Assembly (NCBI GenBank): GCA_043228905.1
Contig: JBHGNT010000017.1
Location: forward strand, 4,774,001-4,838,000
From: Azolla caroliniana
Lineage: Eukaryota; Plantae; Polypodiophyta
Direction of reading: 5' to 3'
DNA length: 64,000 nt
A model generated the notes under the pieces. The model was given only the letters and a program-made list of their open reading frames with translations, was not told where the DNA came from and searched no databases. Within the stretch, counting starts at the first letter, position 1, and each line of letters begins with the position of its first letter. This document shows positions 1 to 12,389 of this stretch, one piece after another. The position numbers and the translations under genes are program-made.

Positions 1-417
1 ATAAGCTAGAGGGGTTCATTGTGAGAAATGGGGAAAGAGGCATTGGATTAGAGTAATTTCAAGGGATTGATCGTCAATTTGTTTTTTGGTCGATATTTCA
101 CAAGAAAAAATCAATTGTGCAAGTTTATACGAAAAATACATTCACATCCATGGCTTAATATACACACTAAAACAATGCGTCGATAGCCCATATAAGTGTT
201 GCTTAACATTGAAATGGAAAAATATTTACTACATGATCGAACTATTAGTTGCTACCAGAGAATCGTAATAAAGAAGATTGTCTTTTACATATTTAGCATA
301 AATATTTGAATTAATTTTGAAGTGATAATAAGTATATCAATAGTAATATCGGGTTAGGATCATATCAATGGGATATCTATTGCTAGGAAAGACACCTAAA
401 AATACCCCTAGCTTTTA

Positions 418-856
418 GCAAATTATGAGACACTCTTATCTTTTTTCAAGTGAAGAAAAGCAATTGTGCATTTTTTGGGTTTTTTAAGGATCAAAATTAT
501 TCTACTATTTAATTACAATCAAATTAACAACAATAATTAGATTATTGTGAGTGCTTATAATTGTGGGTATTATTGAATAAGATTCTAACCTTGAGGAACA
601 TGAAAAATATATTTTTAACGTACAATTTGTTTGCAAATTATGAGACACTCTTATCCTTTTTCAAGTGAAAAAAAATCAATCGTGCATTTTTTGGGTTTTT
701 TAAGTATCAAAAATATTCTACTATGTATTTAATTTCAATCAAATTAACAATAATAATTAGACTATTGTGAGTGCTAATAATTGTGGGTATTGTTTTTTAA
801 TAAGATTCTAACCTTGAGGGACATGAAAAAGATATTTTTAACGTACAATTTGTTTG
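418..856. repeat. ~215-bp tandem duplication (2 copies, AT-rich)
   Basis: AATTATGAGACACTCTTATC...TTTTAACGTACAATTTGTTTG occurs from ~421 and again from ~636 with few differences. Confidence 0.85.
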
Positions 857-1255
857 AGAAATCAACAATTTGGAATAGTATGGTTATATACGTTAGCGAA
901 TTCACAAACATTTGCTTGGTTATTTTCAAAATGACCTAAATATGCGACGCCAAATCACTTGATACAAGTGTAAGGTTAAACACAAGATTGAAGGGCACGA
1001 GACAATGATCGAGACTCGAGGGTATGTATGCATGAGCTTAAATTGAATGTATAATACAAACTAATTGTATTACAAAGAATCTAAGGAATGCAGGAGCACA
1101 TTCTCTTAAGTAAGGACAACAACAACTAGGCAAACATTGACTTTATAGACGAGATACAACTTCAATCGGCATTATTTGGGACAATTTTGAGAAGAAACAA
1201 GTGCTAGAGTGCTTTACAGGTGGTGTGCGCATCCATATTGAGTGACATAATGAAT

Positions 1256-1595
1256 GTACATACATACATACATACATACATACATACATACATACATACA
1301 TACATACATACATGCATACATACATACATACACATACATACACAAACACATACATACATACATACATACACACACACACATACATACATACATACATACA
1401 TACATACATGCATGGTCTCGTAAAAATGGTCCATATGAGACGTGAGTGATAAACGATCAACATGTGATGAGAGTCCAAGAGTAGATGTGAGTGTATGAGT
1501 GAATGTATGCATGCATGTATATATGATGTGTTTATGTATGTATGTATGCATGCATGTATGTATATATGATGTGTTTATGTATGTATGTGTGTATG
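1256..1595. repeat. (CATA)n microsatellite followed by an oppositely oriented (TATG)n tract
   Basis: CATA/CA repeats at 1256-1410 and TATG/GTAT repeats at ~1500-1595. These explain the MYVC/HTYI pseudo-ORFs. Confidence 0.9.
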
Positions 1596-1850
1596 AGTCA
1601 ACGTGAGGAGGAAAGGGGGACATATTTGTAATTTGTAAATAGGCCATAAATTGAGTTAACTAAACAAGTTGAGTGGGTTTGTGTGGGGGCGGGGCCCCTC
1701 TCTTCTCAGCAGGCTGCCTGGCTTAAAAAAGACTGTTATAATTTTTATATTTAATTTATTTAAATTGATTATTTAGTTAATTAATTAGCTAATTAATTAA
1801 TCCATTGCACTCACCCCACGCCTCTCTTACCTCCAATCTTCACTCTGAAT

Positions 1851-1893
1851 TTAGGGTTCCGCCATCGCCTTTCTCTGCGACGACTTAGGGTTT
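1851..1893. promoter_or_regulatory. Telo-box motifs near the syntaxin promoter/5' UTR
   Basis: Exact TTAGGGTTT (reverse complement of AAACCCTAA) at 1885-1893 and a near match TTAGGGTTC at 1851, followed by a CT-rich leader. Confidence 0.45.
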
Positions 1894-2667
1894 CGCCATC
1901 GCCATCGCCTATCGCCATCCTCATCTCCTTCTTTTTCTTCTGTAGCCTCCATTCCATCGCTTGCAACCGGCTTTTGCTCTCCAGGAAGCTTTATATGTTT
2001 TCTTCTTCCCAAGAAAAGGGGCCCTTTTTCTTTTTCTTTTTTTACCTTTGCGTGGTGGAGCCTTCATTCAAAACCAGGGTTTCGCCAGCGATCCTCCCCC
2101 AGAACTTAAAGGTTCCTCCATCTAACTTCTCTGCCTCTGAAGCTTCCGTTTCTCACATGCTTGCTCCAGGAACGGCTTCTTTTGACATTCTTCTTACCGG
2201 ATTTCTTCTGCTCCTGAGATATTCTCTCCGAATTAGTGTTCCTCCATCGCATTCTCTTGTTCTGATGCCCCCAGCATCCTTTCCGGGAACCAGAATTGTA
2301 TAGTGTTCTTCCTAACGAGCTTTCTTCTCCGCTCTTAAGACTAGTTTTTCTGCTTCAGAGCTAGGGATTCTCCATATCCTTGTGTGGATCTGAAGCCGCT
2401 GTCTGCACAGATTTACACCAGGAGCGAGGTTATACTATTCTTCCTAAAAGTTCAATCTTCACTTATAGCCAGGGTTTCTACATCATTTCTTTTACTCTTG
2501 AAGCTGGTGCTCGCAAAACTTTGGTCTGCAAAAACCGGTTAATTGCCTACTCTATTTACCGGATCTTCTATCAAGGGATCACTATGTGATCGGTTTGCCT
2601 CTGAGCAAAATCTAATCTTCATCATCCACTTTTTCATTGTGGAAAGAGATCGATTTCCTCTGTCAAG

Positions 2668-5600
2668 ATGAACGACCTTCTAAGGGTAAGATATATTTGG
2701 ATTTCTGACTTATTTTGGCCCTAAAAAGCCCGTGCTAATTGTGTGAATGATAACGCTAAAGAATGCCTTTCACACAGGAAATATGTTTTGATGGATTGTT
2801 CTTTTCACTGCATGCGAATGCTTGTCATGTGACTTTTGAGTAAAATATGGCTATTCTTTTTGCTGCTTTTTGTTTACTATTTCGAGCTACATCAAACATT
2901 CTTTTCATTGCTTCATGTGTGAAACTTGAGCTGTAAAATGCATTGTGCCTGGTTTTGCATTTTAAAAAGTCAAATAATACGAGATACAATTTCGTACAAT
3001 GCACATAGTCATCATCGGCGATGTTGAATTTGTACAGGATTCAATTCAACTCTCATCCAGGGGAAATGGGAAAGCTAATGAACATTCAGTAGACCTTGAG
3101 GCAGGACAGATAAGTGCCTCTGATCCTTCAAAAGACCCTGCAATGGCTACTTTTTTTGAAGAGGTTTGTTCTGCATTTATGATATTTGCAAAGTTCCATT
3201 TTTTGAAAGTCTCTTGAAGCAATCGATCATATCCGAACTTATCTATGCAGGTTGGTGAAATTAAGGACCTGATGGCACAGATTAGGAAGGCTTTACGGAA
3301 GCTAGAGGTTTGATTTTCATCCTGTTTTCACATGTTTGAGGTTCATTTTAAAAAGCAATGGGAATTGCCACTTTGTTTAAATTTAGCCATGCAATTTTAA
3401 GCCTAAGTTTAAAGTAAAATATTTTTGCACTACCAGATGCCTGGATTTGTATTCAAAGAGAAAATAGGCACAAATAAGATTTCTGTAGAAGACATATCCC
3501 CTTAATTTTTTGTCTTGATACCTCAGCAAAATGGAGGATAGAAAACAAAATTCAGAAAGAAGAAGATATAAACTACATGTACCTTTTCTATGAGAATCTT
3601 GGAAATCCATTCTAGAATCTAAAAATATTTAATGTAGGTGTTCACTACAATATCCTACCATTATGCAGTTTATATGATGCATTAAACGCAATCAGTGTCT
3701 ATGATGCATCTGTTTCCTTGATATGAGTAGATTTGCATCAATTCTAATATATTTTCATGTTGATCTGTTTCCTGTAAAATGTTGATTTTTTTCCCAATAA
3801 TTAATACAACAGAGTATCACTTGAGTATTTCAGTTGCATCTCTTACATTTTTCTGGAGGATTCTTGCTGTATATAAACATTATTTGAATTATCCTTGCTT
3901 GTAGGCAGCACATGAAGAATCAAAATCTGTGACAAGAGCAGCAGCAATGAAAGGTATGGTTTTGAAACTGTACAAATATCAAATGAAAGCTGAACCAGAG
4001 ATTTATATGGAAAATTTGAACTGCATTTCTTCCTGATTTGTGTATATTGACTTGAAAATGATATTAATAGAGTTAAGGCAGCGAATGGAGAAGGAAGTAG
4101 ATGAAGTGAGCAATATCGCAAAGAACATTAAGGAACAGCTAGAGGCATTGGACAGAGAGGTGAATTTTATTTGATATGCTTGCTTTTCAAAATTTCTCTC
4201 CTAATCTCTGCATAGGTGTTTTCTGGAAACTGGATGTCCTCCTCCCGTTTTGGCTACTTGGATTCTGAGAATGCAACCGAGTTTATTACTTACTGCCATT
4301 TCTCCTGTGAGTAATGGCATTGGTGCTTCTTAGATAACAATCTACGAAAATGTAAGCAGATTGTTCTTACTATTATTGGCACCAATTCATTTTTATTCTC
4401 TTCGGCCTCTGATGGGTAGAGAAGAAAGGGAGGTTAATGAACATTCTCCTTTGCTGGTTCAAGCCATTATATGTTGAGGTCTAACCCTGAGAAAAACAAT
4501 ATGGATGATCTCATCGGCCTCTCATGGGTAGAGAAGAAAGGGAGGTTGGTTAATAAACACTGTCCTTTGCTGGTTCAAGTCATTATATGTTGAGGTCTAA
4601 CCCTGAGAAGAAAAATATGGATGATCAACCTACTCCAAACTCACACGACACTTCATTTATCGCACGATAACTGTAGCAAAATGTAATCACTAGTCATATG
4701 GAAGAAGATTGACCCTTTTCAAGAGCAAAATAGCACGTTTTGAATCTGACCATTAGCTACGTGAATGTTAATGCAATGTAATGAATAATCTTGTAACCTT
4801 AATCATAAAAGAAATCAAGAATGATTATATTAATGCCTGTAAGAAGCCAGAATAAACTGTCTCGATAAACTTTTATATCTATCTCAGTCATACACATTGA
4901 AAACCCTTTGGTAATTAGAAGCTGCAACATTTGAAGCAATACAGTTTTATGAAAAACGGTGCTAGTATTAGAGGTAACTTGTTAATGAGACTCTTCGATA
5001 CAAGATGTAAGGTATGAACCTAATTATCTAGAATAATCCATAATACATACATGCCCCTCATGTTTGCATGGAAGAGGATTCACATGGACATGAACTATAA
5101 CCTTGTGAGTTGCAAGGCATAATACTGTTTTGGAGAACATTGTTTTGTGTCAATATGTTCTCTCTCTTCCACCTATATACTTCCAGTGAAATTAAACCAG
5201 CAGGATTGAAGATAGTTAGCATGGTCAGAGGTGCCATACCTAAGTAAGGATCCTTACAGTTTGGCTACTGTCATACTCTAGAGTCTGGAAATAAACCACA
5301 TGTTGTATAATAGATTTTTCACATAGGCCAATTAAGCCTCTAGAAGTTAATAGGGCTTGACATTATAGTTTCAGGTATTCTCTAATGGTTTATGTCTAAT
5401 TACTACTCTACTGATTCTTTGGGTATTTGTGTAGAATCTGGCTAACAGAAAGAAACCGGGTGCTGGAGAGGGCACAAGCATTGACCGCATTCGTATGTCC
5501 ATGACAGGGTATGACTATCATCTGCAACAGTTGCTTCTTCTAAATCAATCTTTTAACTCTCTTCGTTCTCTAAATCAAGCATTTGCATCAATTCAGGACA

Positions 5601-7180
5601 TTGAAGAAAAAGCTGAAGGAGCTCATGGATGAGTTTCAGGTTCAACAGTAATGATTTTGTAATTCTTCTAAGATGTCTTTCTTTCCATCTCCATTGATAT
5701 CATAAGGCCTTGTCTGGAAACAGAGTCTAAGACAGAAGATACATGATGAGTATAGAGAAGTAGTTGAGAGGAGGGCTTTCACAGGTATGTGGGCCCAAAT
5801 AGTATTTGTTTTCCATTGTATGTACTTTTGTATCTAGCTGACCACATCAAACATTTTTTTGTTGCTTGTTTACATTTAGTTACTGGGAAGAAACTTGACG
5901 AAGAGGTATTGTCCTTAACTCTCAAGCAAGCAGAAGGGTACATTGTGGATTTAATATATGGCTCACTGATACTTCCGCCTTAATTTTTTTTTTCTATTTC
6001 CGCAGACCATTGATCACTTGATAGAAACTGGAGAAGGAGAGCAAATATTTCAGAAGGCTATCCAGGAACAAGGGCGTGGGCAGGTAAGATAATATTTCAT
6101 GTGCTTCATTCTGTACATCGTTTTTCTACTTGTGCATTTAACTCTCATTAGGGTTCTGGAGATGCCTCTTAAGCAGAAAGGAAAATGTGTTGTCCCCCAA
6201 GTGTTGATCAGCGATTATGCTTGATAATTGTATCCTAGGATAGATTTGCCCCAACAGTGTGCATGCCTCATTCCCCATCATTGTAAGGATTGCTTTTTTC
6301 TCATCTTTGTTAGTGGGAAGTACCTACAATTGTATGCTACTCGCTCAAGGAAAACAGTAATGCAATTTTCATGCAGTTTTTAAGTGTGATAGCAAAGACT
6401 GAAGATGCATTGTATATTGTTTTTCATTGATGTTGGCTTTACAATGAAGATAACATAACATAGTTATCAGAAAAGTAGGAGTTTTTTATTCTCTTAACAA
6501 ACCAGTGTTTACTCTGAGAGAACAGAGAGATGTGTCTGTGTGGGAGCAGTGCCATAAAAATTTAATAGTTTTCTTTCGATACTGTTGTCTAAGTGATAAT
6601 TATCTCAAGCAAGAATGTGTGGCTTTTAATACAGATTTTAGATACCATAGCAGAGATTCAGGAGCGTCACGATGCAGTCCGAGACATCGAAAAGAAATTG
6701 CTTGCCCTACATCAGGTGTTTTTTCTATCAACATTTTTGAGCAGTTTATTCTATCTAAAACCTTGTTTCTCTTTAACTAAAGCTGAAAATATTATTTAAC
6801 CAAATGTTAGACAGATGATTCATGAGTAATTTTATGGATATTGTTTTTGCTTGTATGGATAGATATTTCTTGATATGGCTGTTTTGGTCGAGTCCCAAGG
6901 TGAGATGCTGGACAATATTGAGACACAGGTATATTTGGCACACAACTGAATAATTTTACAGCAGTAGAGATCAATCAAATAATGTCACACATATATATTT
7001 CTCTTTCAGGTTACAAGGGCTGTAGAACATGTCCAGGCTGGAACTGTAGCTTTGCAACGTGCAAAGTCGTTGCAGCGGAACTCTAGGAAGTGGATGTGTA
7101 TAGCCATCATCATTCTGTTGGTAATCATTGTAATAATAGTTGTTGCTGTTCTCCAGCCGTGGAAGACAGGCAAGACCTGA
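2668..7180 (+). CDS. SYP132: Plasma-membrane Qa-SNARE syntaxin, SYP13 (SYP131/132-like), 13 exons
   Basis: GT-AG exons at 2668-2685, 3038-3163, 3251-3307, 3905-3953, 4071-4159, 5435-5508, 5597-5639, 5724-5784, 5880-5905, 6006-6083, 6635-6715, 6863-6928 and 7010-7180. They read MNDLLR...[15 protein letters not shown]...[20 protein letters not shown]...[19 protein letters not shown]...[41 protein letters not shown]...[30 protein letters not shown], i.e. a SNARE motif plus C-terminal TM anchor. Confidence 0.95.
4402..4626. repeat. ~110-bp tandem duplication in syntaxin intron 5
   Basis: TCGGCCTCT(G/C)ATGGGTAGAGAAGAAAGGGAGG...GAGGTCTAACCCTGAGAA...ATATGGATGATC occurs twice. Confidence 0.85.
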
Positions 7181-8475
7181 AATTCAATTAATCCTGGAAA
7201 ACCCATCACATCATAGTTATTATTCTTCCCAAAACTTCACTACCAACTCATAAATGGATCTTTACAGCAGGCATTATTCTTTGTGAGCATTTGCAGGTAT
7301 GGCACGTTTTTTAGCAGAGCATGTCGAGTCATTCCATGTTCTTTTTGCTGTATATTTGTGGTATTTCATATATAATATAGTGGCTAAATTTAATTTGATA
7401 TTATGTCTCCATGTTCAATCTTACTGTATATTTGATTTGCTGTGAGGACAAAAATTTGATTCAGTCTCAATGTTCTTTCATTTCGTGGTAATAAATATGT
7501 TCACTCTTGCAATATTCAAATGCAAGGATTTGAGTGAAACAAGTGATTAGGATGAAATAAGCTATCTAGTTCCTCATCATACCGCTGCTTCTAAATAACA
7601 GAAATGATTAATATCTTGTATGCATTAAGTTGAGGGCGGTAGTAAGCTAGAGCTGATTGATTCCAGTTGAGACATTTGTTCGTGGATGCATCTTGTCTAT
7701 GTTAAGGTGAGGAGTAGTAATTGGTACGATCAGTAGCATAGTGTTGATTGATTTGAGTTATGACATTTGTTCATCGATGAAACCACTTCTTGCATAGAGT
7801 ACTCCAATTGATGTTTGGCATACTTTGTTGCAAGTGCAAACATACTTCATTATGTTAGAAGTAGATGCTCCTGTGGTAACCATTGTATATGCATCATGTG
7901 GCAAGCTTTTTTGGAGCATATCTATAGTATCTTGATCGCCTAATTACAAGCAACTTGTATGGAGTCACAAAGGTATGTGTTGGATATGCATCATGGAAGT
8001 GGTAAACCATGTTTGGGAGCACATCTAGAGTATATCTTGATCACCTGATCACAAGCTGTTTGTATGGAGTATCTAAAGTGTCCTAATAATCATGGGTACT
8101 GAGCATGCAATGTCAAGTGGGGATGGAACTAATTTGAATGCACATGTTAAAACACCAATGAGGGACAAACAAAAAATATATCCTCCGTCAGTTAAGTTAG
8201 AGAAAGAGAACATCAATTGGACATGCTATCAATGCAAAATGCTTTACAATAAACTCACTTTGTAAATGGCAGGCACAAACAAGCGTGTTTTGGTTAATAA
8301 AATTAAGTTATTTTATCTCCTTTTTAAGATGACATTGTCAACCCCATACAGCACAGCACCATCACCATTTCATCTTTGATTTTCTTAGGTGCTGCCATTA
8401 ACTGCATAAATGATGAACAAGAAATGTGCACATATATCATATCAAATCAACAATTAGAATACGTTTCTTGGTATG

Positions 8476-8654
8476 CTTCTTAAACATGATTGTTTAACGT
8501 AGTGCAATTCAAATCACAAGAGATGAAAACTGTAACCCAATTCTGATATATATATATATATATATATATTTATTCTTCTTAAACATGATTGTTTAAGGTA
8601 GTGCAATTCAAATCACAAGAGACGAAAACTGTAGCCCAATTCTGATATATATAT
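8476..8654. repeat. ~100-bp tandem duplication with (TA)n
   Basis: TTCTTAAACATGATTGTTTAA...CCCAATTCTGATATATAT occurs twice. Confidence 0.8.
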
Positions 8655-9034
8655 AGTCATTCACTATTACTCAAAATAGATGACAATAAGTCATACATAA
8701 GTACTTATTTTCACTTATTGGCCAGATCGAGATATGAGATCCACTCATCATTCTTTTAAATCCTGGATGCAAAAACTATCCAGAACAGACATTTCCATAC
8801 CGAAAGTTGAAAATTTTAACATAAGCGAACAATAAGAATGTCCAACAACTTTCATTTAGTTTATGCATCTTTTAATGATACTTGGAGTATAGAATTTGCT
8901 ATGTTTTTCTAGAATTAGCTAAGTTTTATTTGTATGTCATCTCCAATGAGTTGAAAAATTGAAAATGTTAAATATAATATTACAATTAGAAGCTAAGGAA
9001 GCCGATAAGTTAGCTTGATATCTATATTCCAGAT

Positions 9035-11751
9035 CTAGTTTTCTGGAGCACATTTTGCGAGGTAACTAAAGATGAAAGGATCAATGTCACCATCTAAGAC
9101 ACCATCAGGATCTGAGACTTCATATTGTGTGCGAAGATCTTTTACCATTCTGTAAGGCTGCATTGTTTAAACTATAATATCAGCTTAAATAAACTCTGAC
9201 GCAAAAACTAGTTTAGACACACTTGGCATAATTCTGTACCTGGAGAACATAAGATCGGATCTGATTTCCCCATGATATTTCTCCAAGAGAAGCAGAATGT
9301 TGTGCACTTGCTTGAGCTTTTTGGGCCATCTCTCTTTGCTGAAGTCGTGCTTGTAAGACAGACATAGCGAGCTGTCTGTTTCTGTGTTGTGATCTGCATC
9401 AGACACTCACAATTAGCTTATTACATGCAAGAGAATTAATAACGAACTTCTGTAGCATGAATAACTGTGAGTTGCAAGCTTACAATCAATTTATTCCATC
9501 TATGAGAATATAAAGAATTTCTGTCATGTTATTTGCATCACAAATTACACTCAGCTTATTGCAAAAGAACATATTAAAAGAGAACTTTTTAATAAAGATT
9601 ATGTAGGTATATGTAAACAGCACCTTTCAGCTTGGCTTTGTGCCACAATGCCAGTGGGAAGGTGCACAATCCTTACAGCACTCTCTGTCTTATTAGCATG
9701 TTGACCTCCAGGACCACCTGAGCAAAATGTATCTATCCTTAAATCTGATTCATTCAGGGTCACCTCTGCAACTGACTCAAGGATGGGTATCACTGCAACT
9801 GAAGCAAATGATGTATGCCTTCGTTTATTACTGTCGAATGGAGAGATCCTTACAAGCCTGTGAACACCAGCCTCACATTTTGCATACCCGAAAGCATAAT
9901 CTCCATCTAATCGTATTGTTGCTCTCTAGTTAAACACAACCAGGAATTGCTGATAGGTTATGATCATAGTTACTTTATGCGATTCAATGAATGCAAAACA
10001 ATTTGATGATCTTCTTACAAGCAAACACCTTAATGCCTGCTTCATCTCCCTGCATTTCATCCACTATTGTAGTTTCAAATCCTCTATTTGAAGCCCAAAG
10101 TTTATACATGCGCAAGACCATTGATGCCCAATCATTACTCTCTGTTCCACCTGCACCAGCATGCACCTTTTTTCCAGATAAAGATACAAAAAAAACGATT
10201 AGAAAGCTTCTCAGACCTAAGAAATCACTTAAATGTGCCCAGGGATGAACTAATTGACGAATAAATCAAAATGTGATACCCATGCTAGTTTATAGTCATG
10301 TGATTTATTACCAATAATACAACTCTGCTATATAGTCTCGTGTATACTACTCAGAGTATGGCTTATCTTAGGCAGTATAAGTGTGCATTTACTATGTGTA
10401 AACCACATAAACCAACCTCTCACCTCCAAAAAGCATGAACACGAGTCATGCTCTCCAGATAATAATGCAGCTACTTCTCTCTCTTTTGCTACTTCCCTCA
10501 GCTTTCCAAGAGCTTTTGCAGCCTCCTGGTGTTTATAAATGGAATATTAGTTTACTAGCAAAACTACAATCAACATTTATAGTGATGAGCTTGAGAAGTG
10601 AACATGCATGATACATCTAAGAACTTGAAGTAAATAGCAAAAATAAAAAAAGGAAAAGACAATGACCAAAAAGCTGGGGGCAAAAGGCAAAAGGCAAAAA
10701 GGAACAAAACAACATACAGATTCTACTTGGAAGTCATTCTCTTCTCGTCCCAATTCCGCCATTCCAACATGCTCAGCAAGCTCATTTTCCAATTGTCGTA
10801 CAGACTTGAGCCTCGATGCAATTGATCCTCTTTCACGGCTACGTTTTGCAGCTAAATCAGGATCATGCCACAAATTTGGATCCTCCAATATCTTATCAAG
10901 TTGCTTGATCTTAGAGATCATTTCATTCCACTGAAACATGTGATATAAATGTTTTTGACATCATGTATGTACATTTATAGAAATACACCCACGATTGCCA
11001 AAACAACATAGCAGCATTATATAATAGATGATAGTGTAATACACATACAAAGCATTAAATCCATACACGTACAAAGCATTCTCTCGTGCCTCAATATCAT
11101 TCTTATTGATCTTCCGGAAATCCAAAGGCCTTTTTCTGCAGCATGGTGTCTAGTTATAATTTGTCTAATAAACTGATTTTGGTGTCTGCCAGTCAATAAT
11201 ATCTATGCATGTGTAGTCCAGTAAAGTGTCAAGATATGCGTGTGCATTGTGCATTGGACAAATTTTTTGGCATCTTGAAGACGTTAAATATATACACCAT
11301 ACACATAAATATATACACCATACAGAAAATACACACGCATGCATACCACATTACGAACCTTGAAGAAAAGGGAGGAAGGGGAAAATCGAGCAAATGAACG
11401 AACCTTCATTCTACCCTTGATAAGCTGCAACGATCGTGCTGTTGCTGATGCATTGCTTCGCCAGTCGCCATCACTATCTTCGCTAATATGCCATCCGCGA
11501 GAAGAGATCTCATGAGCTATATCGGGGCCATCCCAAAAGGGCACAGGATCATCAGGAGTGGTAGAAGAAAAGCGATGTCCATGGAGATGGCGTAGCAGAG
11601 AGGAGGTGGTCCAGCAACAGCGATGTGATAGAGGCCTAGGAGGAGGAGGAGGAGGAGGAGGGGAGACAGAGGGAAGCCTAGCAGACAGAGAGCGCGATCC
11701 TCTGGAGATGGAGAGGAGGAGTGGGGATTTCCTGGACAGGAGGCTCCTCAT
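9035..11751 (-). CDS. PrfB2: Organellar peptide chain release factor 2 (PrfB2-like, probably mitochondrial), 7 exons
   Basis: Exons at ~11751-11404, 10930-10718, 10525-10424, 10166-10029, 9925-9624, 9393-9240 and 9157-9035. They contain [24 protein letters not shown] (RF2 SPF anticodon), [25 protein letters not shown] (GGQ) and [21 protein letters not shown]. The N-terminus is an R/S/L-rich presequence. An in-frame upstream ATG lies at 11892. Confidence 0.93.
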
Positions 11752-12121
11752 GCTCTGTCTCTGTTGTCTGTGTCTGTGTCTGTGGGCTGAAACCAGAAGA
11801 AGCTGGACTCTGCTCCGATTGTTTGCCGACGGCTGCCATCGCTGAGAGGTAAGTGAACTGTGAAAGGCAGGCAGGAGGAGGCCTAATTTCATAAATAAGT
11901 AAAATTAGTTATGCGTGTGCTCTCCAAAATGGGGGTGCATTCCATTCTACTGCATTGTATTGTATTTGCATCGTATTTGCATCGTATTTGTATTGTATTT
12001 GCGTTTGTATTTGTATTTGTATTTGTATTGTGTTGTGTTGTGTTGTGTTGTATTTGGAGACAAGAGAATGAGTGACTACAAGCGGAGGTTAGTCGGCGTC
12101 GCCCTGCCTCATAGATGGAGA

Positions 12122-12389
12122 TAAGAAATCGTCAATAGTTCGGTTTCGGCTTAACCGTTTTGGCCTTGTCTAAACCAAACCGGTGAAGCTTTAACCAGTT
12201 TGGGAGTTTCCAAACTAATTCCTAAACTGGTTAAGGTTGACAGGTTTGGCCAAATCGGTTAGCCCAATTTAGGAACTGGTTTTAGCCCAAATAAGTTTGG
12301 TTGAGCCATACCTAATGAAGCTCAAGCCTAAACCGAATTCAACTGCCAAACTCTTCGGTTTAGACTTGCCGAGCCATTGCCGATTCCTA
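12122..12389. mobile_element. hAT-type MITE, 268 bp, with 8-bp TSD
   Basis: Identical GATGGAGA flanks at 12114-12121 and 12390-12397. Imperfect ~21-bp TIRs (TAAGAAATCGTCAATAGTTCGG vs revcomp TAGGAATCGGCAATGGCTCGG). The interior is rich in AAACC/GGTTT subterminal motifs. Confidence 0.75.

Noticed and set aside
1143-1647. ORFs with MYVC/HTYI repeats (also at 29111-29415 and 53166-53456)
   Set aside because: They are translations of (CATA)n/(TA)n microsatellites, not proteins.
4402-4626. Possible tandem intronic C/D-box snoRNAs (CTGATGG...CTGA)
   Set aside because: The C box is imperfect and is lost in the second copy, and I recognised no rRNA antisense element. Treated as a plain duplication.
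9718-9730. DTFCSGG in RF2 (usually DTFRSGG) as an RNA-editing site
   Set aside because: The gene is nuclear and spliceosomal, so organellar editing does not apply. It is simply a substitution, and GGQ is intact.
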